Source: an uncultured Eubacteriales bacterium
Lineage (GTDB): Bacteria; Bacillota; Clostridia; Christensenellales; Aristaeellaceae
Reading direction: 5' to 3'
DNA length: 64,000 nt
Assembly: GCA_902764185.1 (NCBI GenBank)
Contig: CACWUV010000001.1
Span: 12,258-76,257, forward strand
Under the pieces are notes generated by a model that searched no databases, had not been told where the DNA came from, and was given only the letters and a program-made list of their open reading frames with translations. Below are positions 56,765-64,000 of the stretch, piece by piece (position 1 is the first letter of the stretch; every line of letters begins with the position of its first letter). The position numbers and the translations under genes were made by a program.

Positions 56765-57808
56765 TCAGCGCGTCAAAACGCTGTCTCTATACACCATATA
56801 CGGCGGAACGCTGATGTTTTTCACCGGGCGCTCCGGCTCCCGGATGCGCGCCAGCAGGCATTGGGCCGCCTGCCGCCCCATCTCCTCCTTGCGGATGTTG
56901 ACGCTGGTCAGCGCCGGGATGGCGTAGCCGCACACCGAGGAATCCTCATAGGCGATGATGGACAGCTGATCCGGTACCCGCACGCCGATTTCGTACAGAT
57001 ACCGCATGGCGCCCAGGGCGCTTTGGCCATTGGCTGCCACGATGGCGTCCGGGCGGTTGCCCGCCTCCCAGAAGGCGCGGAAGGCACGGTAGGCGCTGGC
57101 GCCGTTGTTGGAGGTGGACTGGATGTTCCATTTTTCCCGGAAGGGCGTCCCCGCCTCCTCCAACGCCTTGCGGAAGGCCTCCAGGCGCAGATTGCGGGTG
57201 TCCAGCTGGGCGGAACAATTGAGCAGGCAGATGTTTTGATGGCCTGTATTCAGCATATCCCGCATGGCCAGGGCGACGCCTTCGCCGGGATCGGCGTAGA
57301 TGGAATCGAACTCCTCCTCAAAGCAGCCCACGCCCACCAGCACAAAGGGCAGTCCCGTGTCCCGCAGGGCGTTGAGAAACTCCATGCTGTAAGGCCGCGC
57401 CACCACGAACAGGCCGTCCACCCGCTTTTCGGTGACCACCCGGGGCAGGGTAGGGGCGTCCGGGCTGCAAACGAAGTTTTCGGTGATCAGGCCGTAATCC
57501 GTCCCCGCCAGGCCCGCCATGATGCCGTTGAAAATATTGAAAGAGCACAGACCCACGTGCTGGTCGCTGTCATAGGAGACCTGGGTGCTGTTGTGCAGAT
57601 AATCCTTCATAAAAATGACGCCCAGGTTGTTGGTCACCCGGGCGGACAGCCCCCGGGCGTTGCTGTTGGGCACATAGTTGATCTCGTGGATTACCTGCTC
57701 CACCAGGCGGCGGGTGTCCTCCTTGACCAGCTTGCTGTGATTGAGCACCAGAGAAACCGTGCTGCGGGAAACGCCGGCGCGCTTGGCGACATCATTGATG
57801 GTAGGCAA
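56765..57808 (-). CDS. LacI family transcriptional regulator
   Basis: TTG start behind GGAGGG. PTINDVAKRAGVSRSTVSLVLN is the HTH, followed by a periplasmic-binding-fold sugar sensor. Confidence 0.9.
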   Translation of the reverse strand: MPTINDVAKRAGVSRSTVSLVLNHSKLVKEDTRRLVEQVIHEINYVPNSNARGLSARVTNNLGVIFMKDYLHNSTQVSYDSDQHVGLCSFNIFNGIMAGLAGTDYGLITENFVCSPDAPTLPRVVTEKRVDGLFVVARPYSMEFLNALRDTGLPFVLVGVGCFEEEFDSIYADPGEGVALAMRDMLNTGHQNICLLNCSAQLDTRNLRLEAFRKALEEAGTPFREKWNIQSTSNNGASAYRAFRAFWEAGNRPDAIVAANGQSALGAMRYLYEIGVRVPDQLSIIAYEDSSVCGYAIPALTSVNIRKEEMGRQAAQCLLARIREPERPVKNISVPPYMVYRDSVLTR

Positions 57809-57865
57809 GCGGATTCCCTCCGATCTGCGGCAAAATAATAAAGAAAAAAAACAAATGTTTCAGGT

Positions 57866-57881
57866 TTTGGAGCGCTCTTAT
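57866..57881. promoter_or_regulatory. Operator-like half-palindrome O4 in the lacI-type gene leader
   Basis: TTTGGAGCGCTCTTAT shares 11 nt with the reverse complement of O3. Confidence 0.35.
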
Positions 57882-57888
57882 TGAACAC

Positions 57889-57917
57889 AGTGTAGCACCG
57901 GCGGGACAAATTGTCAA
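57889..57917 (-). promoter_or_regulatory. sigma70 promoter for the LacI / FAD-B1 transcript
   Basis: Minus strand: TTGACA (rc of 57912-57917), 17 nt, TACACT (rc of 57889-57894). Confidence 0.55.
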
Positions 57918-57924
57918 CCCCATA

Positions 57925-57940
57925 TTTAGATCGATCCAAA
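57925..57940. promoter_or_regulatory. LacI-type operator candidate O1
   Basis: TTTAGATCGATCCAAA is palindromic at 14 of 16 positions and lies between the two divergent -35 boxes. Confidence 0.55.
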
Positions 57941-57956
57941 AAAATATTTTTGCCCC

Positions 57957-57986
57957 TTGACAATGCACGCGGAATGGTTCTATACT
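57957..57986 (+). promoter_or_regulatory. sigma70 promoter for the FAD-B2 operon
   Basis: TTGACA (57957-57962), 18 nt, TATACT (57981-57986). Confidence 0.55.
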
Positions 57987-58013
57987 CATATCAGCGGTTT
58001 TTTTCACGCTTTA

Positions 58014-58029
58014 TTTAGATCGTTCCAAA
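58014..58029. promoter_or_regulatory. LacI-type operator candidate O2
   Basis: TTTAGATCGTTCCAAA lies about 30 nt downstream of the -10 and differs from O1 at one base. Confidence 0.55.
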
Positions 58030-58052
58030 TTCCCGGTGAGAGAGGGCGTGCA

Positions 58053-59378
58053 ATGATGGAGCAGCTTCAAGGCAGCTATCCCCATACCTATGACGTGATC
58101 GTGGCAGGCGGCGGGCCTGCGGGCGTGGCCGCAGCCGTTTCCGCCGCCCGGCTGGGAGCCAAAACCGCCCTGGTGGAGCGCTTCGGCGTGCTGGGCGGCA
58201 TGCTGACCTCCGGCCATGTGCAGCCCATCCTGGGCCGGGCGGAGGCCCATACCATGTACGACGAGATCGTGGCCCTTCTGCGGGAGGGGCACCCGGACGC
58301 GCCCCGCGTCAAGACCCGCAACGGCGACGAGATCGGCCTGGATCTGGAGGAAGCCAAGCTGCGGCTGCTGGATCTGTGCCTGAAAAACGGCGTATGCGTG
58401 TACCTGCAAACCCCGGTGGTGGCCCCCGTCCTGGAGGGCAAGCGCGTCACCGGCCTGCAGATCTGCACGCCTCAGGGTCTTGAGACCCTTGCTGCCCGCG
58501 CCGTGGTGGACGCCACCGGCGACGGCTTTGTGGCTGCCCTGGCGGGGGCGCCCTATGAAGTGGGCCGCGCCGACGGCCGCTGTCAGCCCGCCACCCTGGA
58601 ATTCACCGTGGACAATGTGGACGAAGGCCCCCATTTCGCCTGCTATGGCGGCAGCGACCCCGTAACCTTGCCCGACGGGCGCAAATACAGCCAGGTGTGC
58701 AAGGAGGCCTGCGCCCGGGGCGAGCTGCCGGAGAACGTCAGCATCGTGCGCATCCATTACACCCTGCATCCGGGCGAGCGCAGCATCAACGCCACCCAGG
58801 CCAACGGCTTTGACACCCTGACGCCCGAAGGCGCGGTGGGGGCGGAGTATCTGCTGCGGCGGCAGGTGGAGCCCATTCTGGCCTTCCTGCGCAAATACGC
58901 GCCGGGCTTTGCAAACTGCCGCCTGCGCTCCACCGCCACCGCCCTGGGCGTGCGGGAAAGCCGCCGGTTCGTGGGGGAATACGTGCTTTCCGACCAGGAC
59001 GTGGAAAAGGGCGCGCACTTTCCCGACGTGGTGGTGCACAAGGCCTGGTTCCTGATCGATATTCACAATCCCGCCGGCGGCGGCCAGGCGGAACGGCATT
59101 CCCAGCCCGCCGAGCCCTACGACATCCCCTACCGCAGCCTGGTGCCCCTGGAGGTGGACGGCCTGCTGCTGTCGGGCCGCAACATCTCCGGCACCCATCG
59201 GGCCCACGCCTCCTATCGGGTGATGGGCGTGGCTCTGGCCACCGGCCAGGCCGCGGGCGTCGCCGCCGCCCTCAGCGCCCGACAGGATGCAACGCCCCGG
59301 CAGCTGGATTATCATTTGGTTCAGCAGGCCCTGATGAATTACGGCGCGCGGCTGTTTGACGAGGAGGCGCGGGCATGA
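58053..59378 (+). CDS. FAD-dependent oxidoreductase, class B paralog 2
   Basis: Start MMEQLQG behind GAGAGAGGG. DVIVAGGGPAGVAAAVSAARLGAKTALVERFGVLGGMLTSG...VDATGDG...GVRESRRFVG...SGRNISGTHRAHASYRVMGVALATGQAAG. Confidence 0.8.
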   Translation: MMEQLQGSYPHTYDVIVAGGGPAGVAAAVSAARLGAKTALVERFGVLGGMLTSGHVQPILGRAEAHTMYDEIVALLREGHPDAPRVKTRNGDEIGLDLEEAKLRLLDLCLKNGVCVYLQTPVVAPVLEGKRVTGLQICTPQGLETLAARAVVDATGDGFVAALAGAPYEVGRADGRCQPATLEFTVDNVDEGPHFACYGGSDPVTLPDGRKYSQVCKEACARGELPENVSIVRIHYTLHPGERSINATQANGFDTLTPEGAVGAEYLLRRQVEPILAFLRKYAPGFANCRLRSTATALGVRESRRFVGEYVLSDQDVEKGAHFPDVVVHKAWFLIDIHNPAGGGQAERHSQPAEPYDIPYRSLVPLEVDGLLLSGRNISGTHRAHASYRVMGVALATGQAAGVAAALSARQDATPRQLDYHLVQQALMNYGARLFDEEARA

Positions 59379-60061
59379 AGGATCAGCAGCGCATTCTATG
59401 CTACGGCGATTCCAACACCTGGGGCACCATCGGGCGCTGGAAGCAGACCGAAATGCCCTCCGAACGCTATGACCGGGACACCCGCTGGACCCAGGTGGCC
59501 CAGCGCGTCCTGGGGCCGGATTATTGCGTCATTGAGGAGGGGCTGGGCGGCCGCACCACCATCTATGCCCGGGCCGAGGAGCCCTGGAAATGCGGGGAAA
59601 CCTATCTGCTGCCCTGCTTGCACAGCCAGCGCCCCCTGGACTGGGTGGTGCTGATGCTGGGCACCAACGACCTGCAGGTGTGCAAGACCATCACGGCGGA
59701 GGATCTGCCCCGGGGCATCAGCCGCCTGATCGATATCATTCAGGCCTGCCCCAAGGTGGGGCGGAACATGACCGTGCCCCGCATTCTGGTGGTGGCGCCG
59801 CCGGAGGTGCGCCCCTCCGATCCCCGGGGCCGCACGGAGGTCTACGCCAAATTCCGCTGCGGGATCGGGCGATCCCTCAGCCTGCAATTTCCGGCGATAT
59901 ACGCAGAGGTCGCCCGGCAGAAGGGCTGCTATTTTCTCAACGGTCAGGACTACATCCAGCCGGGGCCGCAGGACGGCGTGCATTTGGACGCCGCCTCCCA
60001 TCGGCGGCTGGGGGAGGCCATCGCCGCCTTTATCCAAAAGCACGGGGAGGATGCGCCATGA
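59375..60061 (+). CDS. SGNH/GDSL hydrolase (esterase/acyltransferase-like)
   Basis: RILCYGDSNTWG (block I Ser), IEEGLGGRTT (block II) and MLGTNDL (block III). 4-nt overlap with the upstream gene. Confidence 0.8.
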   Translation: MKDQQRILCYGDSNTWGTIGRWKQTEMPSERYDRDTRWTQVAQRVLGPDYCVIEEGLGGRTTIYARAEEPWKCGETYLLPCLHSQRPLDWVVLMLGTNDLQVCKTITAEDLPRGISRLIDIIQACPKVGRNMTVPRILVVAPPEVRPSDPRGRTEVYAKFRCGIGRSLSLQFPAIYAEVARQKGCYFLNGQDYIQPGPQDGVHLDAASHRRLGEAIAAFIQKHGEDAP

Positions 60062-60975
60062 GTGCGAACATACGGGACGGCAGCGCCAGCACGCTGTATA
60101 TGAAATTTGATAAGATCCTGCGCTCCGCCCAGGGCATGGCCATCTGGCAGGATCGGGCCTTTATCCTCTACGACACCGGCATGTGCGGCGTGTACGACCT
60201 GAAAAGCCGCACCGCCGCGCCCCTGGCCTCCTTCCCCCTGGGCAGCTACAACGAGGGCACGCCTGCTCGGGATTATCTGAACCACGCCAACCATTGCATG
60301 TTCGGCTCCCTGCACTGGGGCGATAACCCCATCCCTCTGCTCTACGTCACTGTGGGTACAGGCATCGGGGCGGACGCGGACGGGTACTATTACCGGCTCA
60401 GCGTGGAAAACATCGTGGAGACGGCGGCGGGTTACCGGGCGGAGGTGCTGCAGACCGTCACCTATCAGCCCTCGGAAAGCGTGCCCGCGCCCTGGGAGGC
60501 TCCCTGCTGGGGCTGTCCGGCCTTTTTTGTGAACAACGAGGAAAAGGCCCTGTATATTTTCTCCGCCCGCTACCGCACCAAGCGCGGCTGCGTGCCAGAG
60601 GGGGAGCATAACGCCTACATCATCACCCGTTTTGATCTGCCCTCTCTGGACGCCGGCCCCCTGGTGCGGCTCACCGCCCGGGATATCCGGGATCAGTTCA
60701 GTGTGGAATCCGATATTCCCTTCACCCAGGGCGGGCAGATGACGGACGGCATCCTGTATTACACCTTCGGCTGTCCCAAGGCTGATTATCCCGTGCACGT
60801 GATGGCCTTCGACCTGCGCAAAAAATGCCTGCTGTGGCAGGCGGGCAATATGGATGAGGCATTCCAGGGCGAGGAGATCGAATGCTGCGACTGGTACCAG
60901 GGGCAGCTGCTGTGCAACACCAACGGCGGCAGCCTGTATGCCCTGCGTTTTCGGGAGGAGGCGCAAGATGGCTGA
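60058..60975 (+). CDS. Hypothetical protein (~305 aa), repeated beta-strand-rich blocks (propeller-like?)
   Basis: ATG 60058 overlaps the SGNH stop (ATGA). Blocks recur: AFILYDTGMCGVYDL, LLYVTVGTG, ALYIFSARY, GILYYTFGCP, GQLLCNTNGGSLYAL. No family was recognised. Confidence 0.55.
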   Translation: MSANIRDGSASTLYMKFDKILRSAQGMAIWQDRAFILYDTGMCGVYDLKSRTAAPLASFPLGSYNEGTPARDYLNHANHCMFGSLHWGDNPIPLLYVTVGTGIGADADGYYYRLSVENIVETAAGYRAEVLQTVTYQPSESVPAPWEAPCWGCPAFFVNNEEKALYIFSARYRTKRGCVPEGEHNAYIITRFDLPSLDAGPLVRLTARDIRDQFSVESDIPFTQGGQMTDGILYYTFGCPKADYPVHVMAFDLRKKCLLWQAGNMDEAFQGEEIECCDWYQGQLLCNTNGGSLYALRFREEAQDG

Positions 60976-62275
60976 GGTTTTGCGGCAGTCGCGGGATGTG
61001 CCCGTGACCGCGTACTGTGACGTGGCGGTGATCGGCGGCGGCCCGGCAGGGGTGGCTGCGGCTGTTTCCGCCGCCCGCGCCGGCAAGCGCACGGTGCTGG
61101 CAGAGCGCCTGGGCGTGCTGGGCGGCGCCGCCGTGGGCTATGTGAACCCCATCAGCGGCTTTTTTCAGCAGGGGCAGCGGGTGGTGGGCGGCATCGCCTG
61201 GGAGTTTGTCCAGCGCCTGCAGGCGCTGGGCGCCGCGCAGATCGAATACCCCAAGGGCCACGTATCCTTCCACCCCGAAGCCTGGAAGCTGGTGGCCCAG
61301 CGCATGGTTCTGGAGAGCGGCGTGGAGCTGATGACCAACATGACCCTGAGCGACTGCGCGCGCGAGGGCGCGCGTGTGACCTACGTGATCCTGGACGGCA
61401 AAAGCGGTCCCGAGGCCGTGGACGCCCGCTGCTTCATTGACGCCACGGGAGACGCGGACCTGTGCCGCCTGGCCGGGGCGGAGATGCTGCCGGAGGCGGG
61501 GGAGGGCTATCAGCCCGCTTCCCTGTGCTTCGTGCTGGAGGGGGTGGACGTGACCACCCCGCTGCTCAAAAACTGCATCCATCACACCGGCGCGGGGGGC
61601 TCCCATTCCGCCAACGACACCATCCATGCCTATCTGGACGCCTGCGTGGAGCGGGGAGAGCTGGAGCAGTTTGGCGGCCCCTGGTTCAACACCATGGTGC
61701 AGGGCGGCGCGGTGACGGTCAATGTGACCCGCCAGGGCGGCAACGGAGCAGACCGCAGGGAGCTGACCCGCATGGAATGCCAGCTGCGGGAGGACATGTT
61801 CCGCATCGTGGCGCTGCTCAAAAGGGAGTATCCCGAATTCCGTTCGTGCAGCATCGCCGCCTCCGGCATCAACGCGGGCATCCGGGAAACCGGGCGGATC
61901 CGCGGCCTGGACACCGTGACCGGGGAGGATATGCTTTCCGCCCGGCCCTGGCCCTGCCCCGTGGCCCGGTGCGCCCATCCCATGGACGTTCATTATGCCT
62001 GCTCCTCCGCCCAGACGGTGGATTACTATGCCAGCGCCGCCTACGTGCCCCATACGGCCCTGATCCCCCGGGGAGCGCAATCCCTGCTGGCCGCCGGGCG
62101 CTGCGTCTCCGCCGACGCCCGGGCTTATGCCACCCTGCGGGTGCAGGCCACCGTCATGGCCATCGGCGAATCCGCCGGGCTCATGGCGGCGGAGCTCTGT
62201 GACCACGGGGAGATCGATCCCCAGCGCCTTCGGACGGCCATTCGGCAGCGGGGCGTGATCCCCGCGGGAATGTGA
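60968..62275 (+). CDS. FAD-dependent oxidoreductase, class B paralog 3
   Basis: ATG 60968 overlaps the upstream gene by 8 nt. DVAVIGGGPAGVAAAVSAARAGKRTVLAERLGVLGGAAVG...IDATGDAD...GIRETGRIRG...AGRCVSADARAYATLRVQATVMAIGESAG. Confidence 0.8.
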   Translation: MAEVLRQSRDVPVTAYCDVAVIGGGPAGVAAAVSAARAGKRTVLAERLGVLGGAAVGYVNPISGFFQQGQRVVGGIAWEFVQRLQALGAAQIEYPKGHVSFHPEAWKLVAQRMVLESGVELMTNMTLSDCAREGARVTYVILDGKSGPEAVDARCFIDATGDADLCRLAGAEMLPEAGEGYQPASLCFVLEGVDVTTPLLKNCIHHTGAGGSHSANDTIHAYLDACVERGELEQFGGPWFNTMVQGGAVTVNVTRQGGNGADRRELTRMECQLREDMFRIVALLKREYPEFRSCSIAASGINAGIRETGRIRGLDTVTGEDMLSARPWPCPVARCAHPMDVHYACSSAQTVDYYASAAYVPHTALIPRGAQSLLAAGRCVSADARAYATLRVQATVMAIGESAGLMAAELCDHGEIDPQRLRTAIRQRGVIPAGM

Positions 62276-62376
62276 CGCGGACGCCTGAGCGGAAGGATAT
62301 TCATGGCGATTTGCACTTCACAGCGCATCATTTAATGCTTTTCCAAAATGAAAACAGATGGGGAGACGTTCGAGGC

Positions 62377-62514
62377 CTCCGCGGCCTCGAGCTCCGCGCC
62401 AGGAGACTTCGCCTCCTGGACCTCAGCGGGCGAACCGGCCTAAAGACAATAACAAACAATCTGCGCCTGTAACTTGGAAGTCGTAAAGAGAGCTTCCGGG
62501 CATAAGAAAAACCG
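62377..62514. repeat. R4 module, copy b
   Basis: CCTCCGCGGCC ... CTGCGCCTGTAACTTGGAAG ... GCTTCCGGGCATAAGAAAAACCG. It has about 73 nt extra relative to copy a. Confidence 0.7.
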
Positions 62515-62867
62515 ATGGCCAGCCAGAAAATGAATTGATTCATTTTTTGGCCTGTCCAACGGTTTTTCGCTGTGCGCTTTGCGCACAGCACGCCAGCGAA
62601 GCTGGCTGCCCGGAAGCGGTGGACTGCGTTATCCAAGTAACTGCGGGAAGCTGTTTGTTATTGATGTTACGCAGCTTCCGCCATTGGCGGGGTCTGGGGT
62701 GCAACTTGCACCCCAGTGGGGTATGGGGCAACGCCCCATCGTAACCCCGTCAAATTTCTGTTTTAGAAAATCATTTTCAGAAAAATGGACTCAGACAGAA
62801 AACCATTTTCCGAAAAATGCGGCTATAATAAGAGTGAAAGATAGATTGGACAAAAAACATCCCACGC

Positions 62868-63647
62868 TCAAAGCATTTCCTGCTCCAGCAAAAGCCGTGC
62901 CGCATCCGGTTCTTTGATCAGGGCGATATACTGGGCGATACACCGTGTAATGATCATGAGGGGAATGCGAGAGCTGAAACCGGCTTTTCTGACGCCGGGC
63001 TTGGATGCTGAATAACCGAAAATCGTGATATCGGACAATTGCTGCAGATCAGTACCCAGCCGGCAGCAGCATGTGACCACAAAGCAGCCCACCTTTCGGG
63101 CCCGCTTCACCGCCTCGGTCAGATCGGGCGTGGTGTTGTAGAGGGTCAAAACGATGATCATATCGTCGGGTTTCAGAAATTCATCCATGCGCTCCATGAT
63201 TTCGCTGTCGCAGATCACCATGGAATTGCATTTGAGGCTGATGAGCTGAACGCAGAAATATTCCGCCACGCCGCGGGAGATGCTGCGGGTCAGCAGGATC
63301 ACTCGGGGAGCCTGGATGATATGCTGGGCGGCGGCCTGGATATCGTTTACGTTGATCTTTTCCACCGTGCGCACACATTCGTCATAGCATTCGGACAGCA
63401 CGCGGTTGGCCTGGATCTGGTTATCCGTGGCGGCGTGCTCCTGCGCCAGATGAAAGCGAGCGGCGAAGAAACTGGAAAAACCGCATTTACGGATCGCCCG
63501 GGACACGGTGGCGTTGCTCACAAAGGCGCCCTCCGCGATATCGTTGATGGATAACGAAGCGATCTCCCCTATGTTCTCATTCACATAATTCACCACATGC
63601 ATTTCAGCCGTGGTCAACGGATGCTTCGGGTCTTTGCACTCCAGCAT
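62868..63647 (-). CDS. RpiR/MurR family transcriptional regulator (HTH_6 + SIS)
   Basis: Start MLECKDP behind GGAGGAAG. ...SINDIAEGAFVSNATVSRAIRKCGF, then an SIS-like ...VILLTRSISRGVAEYF.... Confidence 0.85.
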   Translation of the reverse strand: MLECKDPKHPLTTAEMHVVNYVNENIGEIASLSINDIAEGAFVSNATVSRAIRKCGFSSFFAARFHLAQEHAATDNQIQANRVLSECYDECVRTVEKINVNDIQAAAQHIIQAPRVILLTRSISRGVAEYFCVQLISLKCNSMVICDSEIMERMDEFLKPDDMIIVLTLYNTTPDLTEAVKRARKVGCFVVTCCCRLGTDLQQLSDITIFGYSASKPGVRKAGFSSRIPLMIITRCIAQYIALIKEPDAARLLLEQEML

Positions 63648-63787
63648 GATCTTCCTCCGGTTGCACTCAGTTTTTATTATATCATAGCGAAAAAAAACGC
63701 GCAAGCGAAGGGCCGCCGAGGCGTTCGGCGCGGCTTCACACCCGATCCCGGAAGCGCTTTTCCGCGGTCAGACAGGAGGGAAAAACA

Positions 63788-64000
63788 TTGCAGTCACCGG
63801 CACACCCCACATACAGGGCAAAACCTTTAGGCCAGCGCGCCGTCAGGGCGCTGCGCATGTATTGGCCGCTGTATCTGATGATCATTCCCGGCATGATCTT
63901 CTTTCTGGTGTATAAGTATGCCCCCATGTTCGGCATCCAGATCGCCTTTAAGAATTTCTCGCTGAAAAAAGGCATTTCCGCCAGCCCCTGGCTGTGGGAG
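63788..64000 (+). CDS. ABC sugar permease (LplB-like), N-terminal part only
   Basis: TTG 63788 lies 7 nt after AGGAGGG. ...RALRMYWPLYLMIIPGMIFFLVYKYAPMFGIQIAFKNF is the typical LplB-type N-terminus. It runs off the window. Confidence 0.7.
   Translation, partial: MQSPAHPTYRAKPLGQRAVRALRMYWPLYLMIIPGMIFFLVYKYAPMFGIQIAFKNFSLKKGISASPWLWE

Noticed and set aside
62328-62636. 102-aa ORF (and 62272..62472, 62535..62744) inside the 590-bp gap.
   Set aside because: The translations are Arg/Ser/Pro-rich with no RBS, and the ORFs overlap repeat modules and hairpins.
1-64000. tRNA, rRNA, tmRNA or RNase P genes in the intergenic regions.
   Set aside because: No T-loop (GGTTCRAATCC-type) or other hallmark sequences were noticed on reading the gaps. 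This was a visual scan only, so tRNAscan or cmscan should confirm it.

Overview
High-GC, Clostridia-like chromosomal segment. The taxon is an inference from gene content and AGGAGG-type ribosome-binding sites. G+C statements are by eye, nothing was computed.

Layout, left to right:
- 1-8.2 kb: sugar-binding protein (cut by the window edge), FGGY kinase, a frame-broken NPP-type phosphodiesterase, a GGDEF cyclase, a sulfatase-fold membrane protein and trpS.
- 8.3-9.6 kb: an AT-rich islet with a BspA-type leucine-rich-repeat (LRR) lipoprotein.
- 9.7-14.5 kb: housekeeping genes (alpha/beta hydrolase, S58 peptidase, acpS, nnr, rdgB).
- 14.8-19.6 kb: an ABC importer whose permease carries four tandem amino-acid-binding repeats in a shifted (permuted) register, plus an ATPase with a C-terminal extension.
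- 20-21.6 kb: MBL hydrolase, a hypothetical gene and DUF1934.
- 22-27.6 kb: a MATE exporter, then a minus-strand moeA / MoCF-protein / moaA / moaC operon behind a candidate Moco riboswitch and attenuator.
- 27.8-31.9 kb: HTH, VanW, TetR and AEC transporter genes.
- 32.4-39.3 kb: a 6.9 kb cyclic beta-1,2-glucan-synthase-like gene (GT84 + GH94) split by a frame break.
- 39.3-41.9 kb: an AT-rich islet of decayed genes.
- 41.9-62.3 kb: a sugar-utilisation island with two CUT1 ABC systems that lack ATPase genes, five paralogous FAD-dependent oxidoreductases, GDPD, a ribulokinase-like kinase, an SGNH esterase, and AraC and LacI regulators.
- 62.9-64 kb: RpiR and the start of another ABC permease.

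The intergenic DNA carries several families of short hairpin or MITE-like repeats built from shared modules. I saw no rRNA, tRNA, CRISPR array, transposase or integrase.
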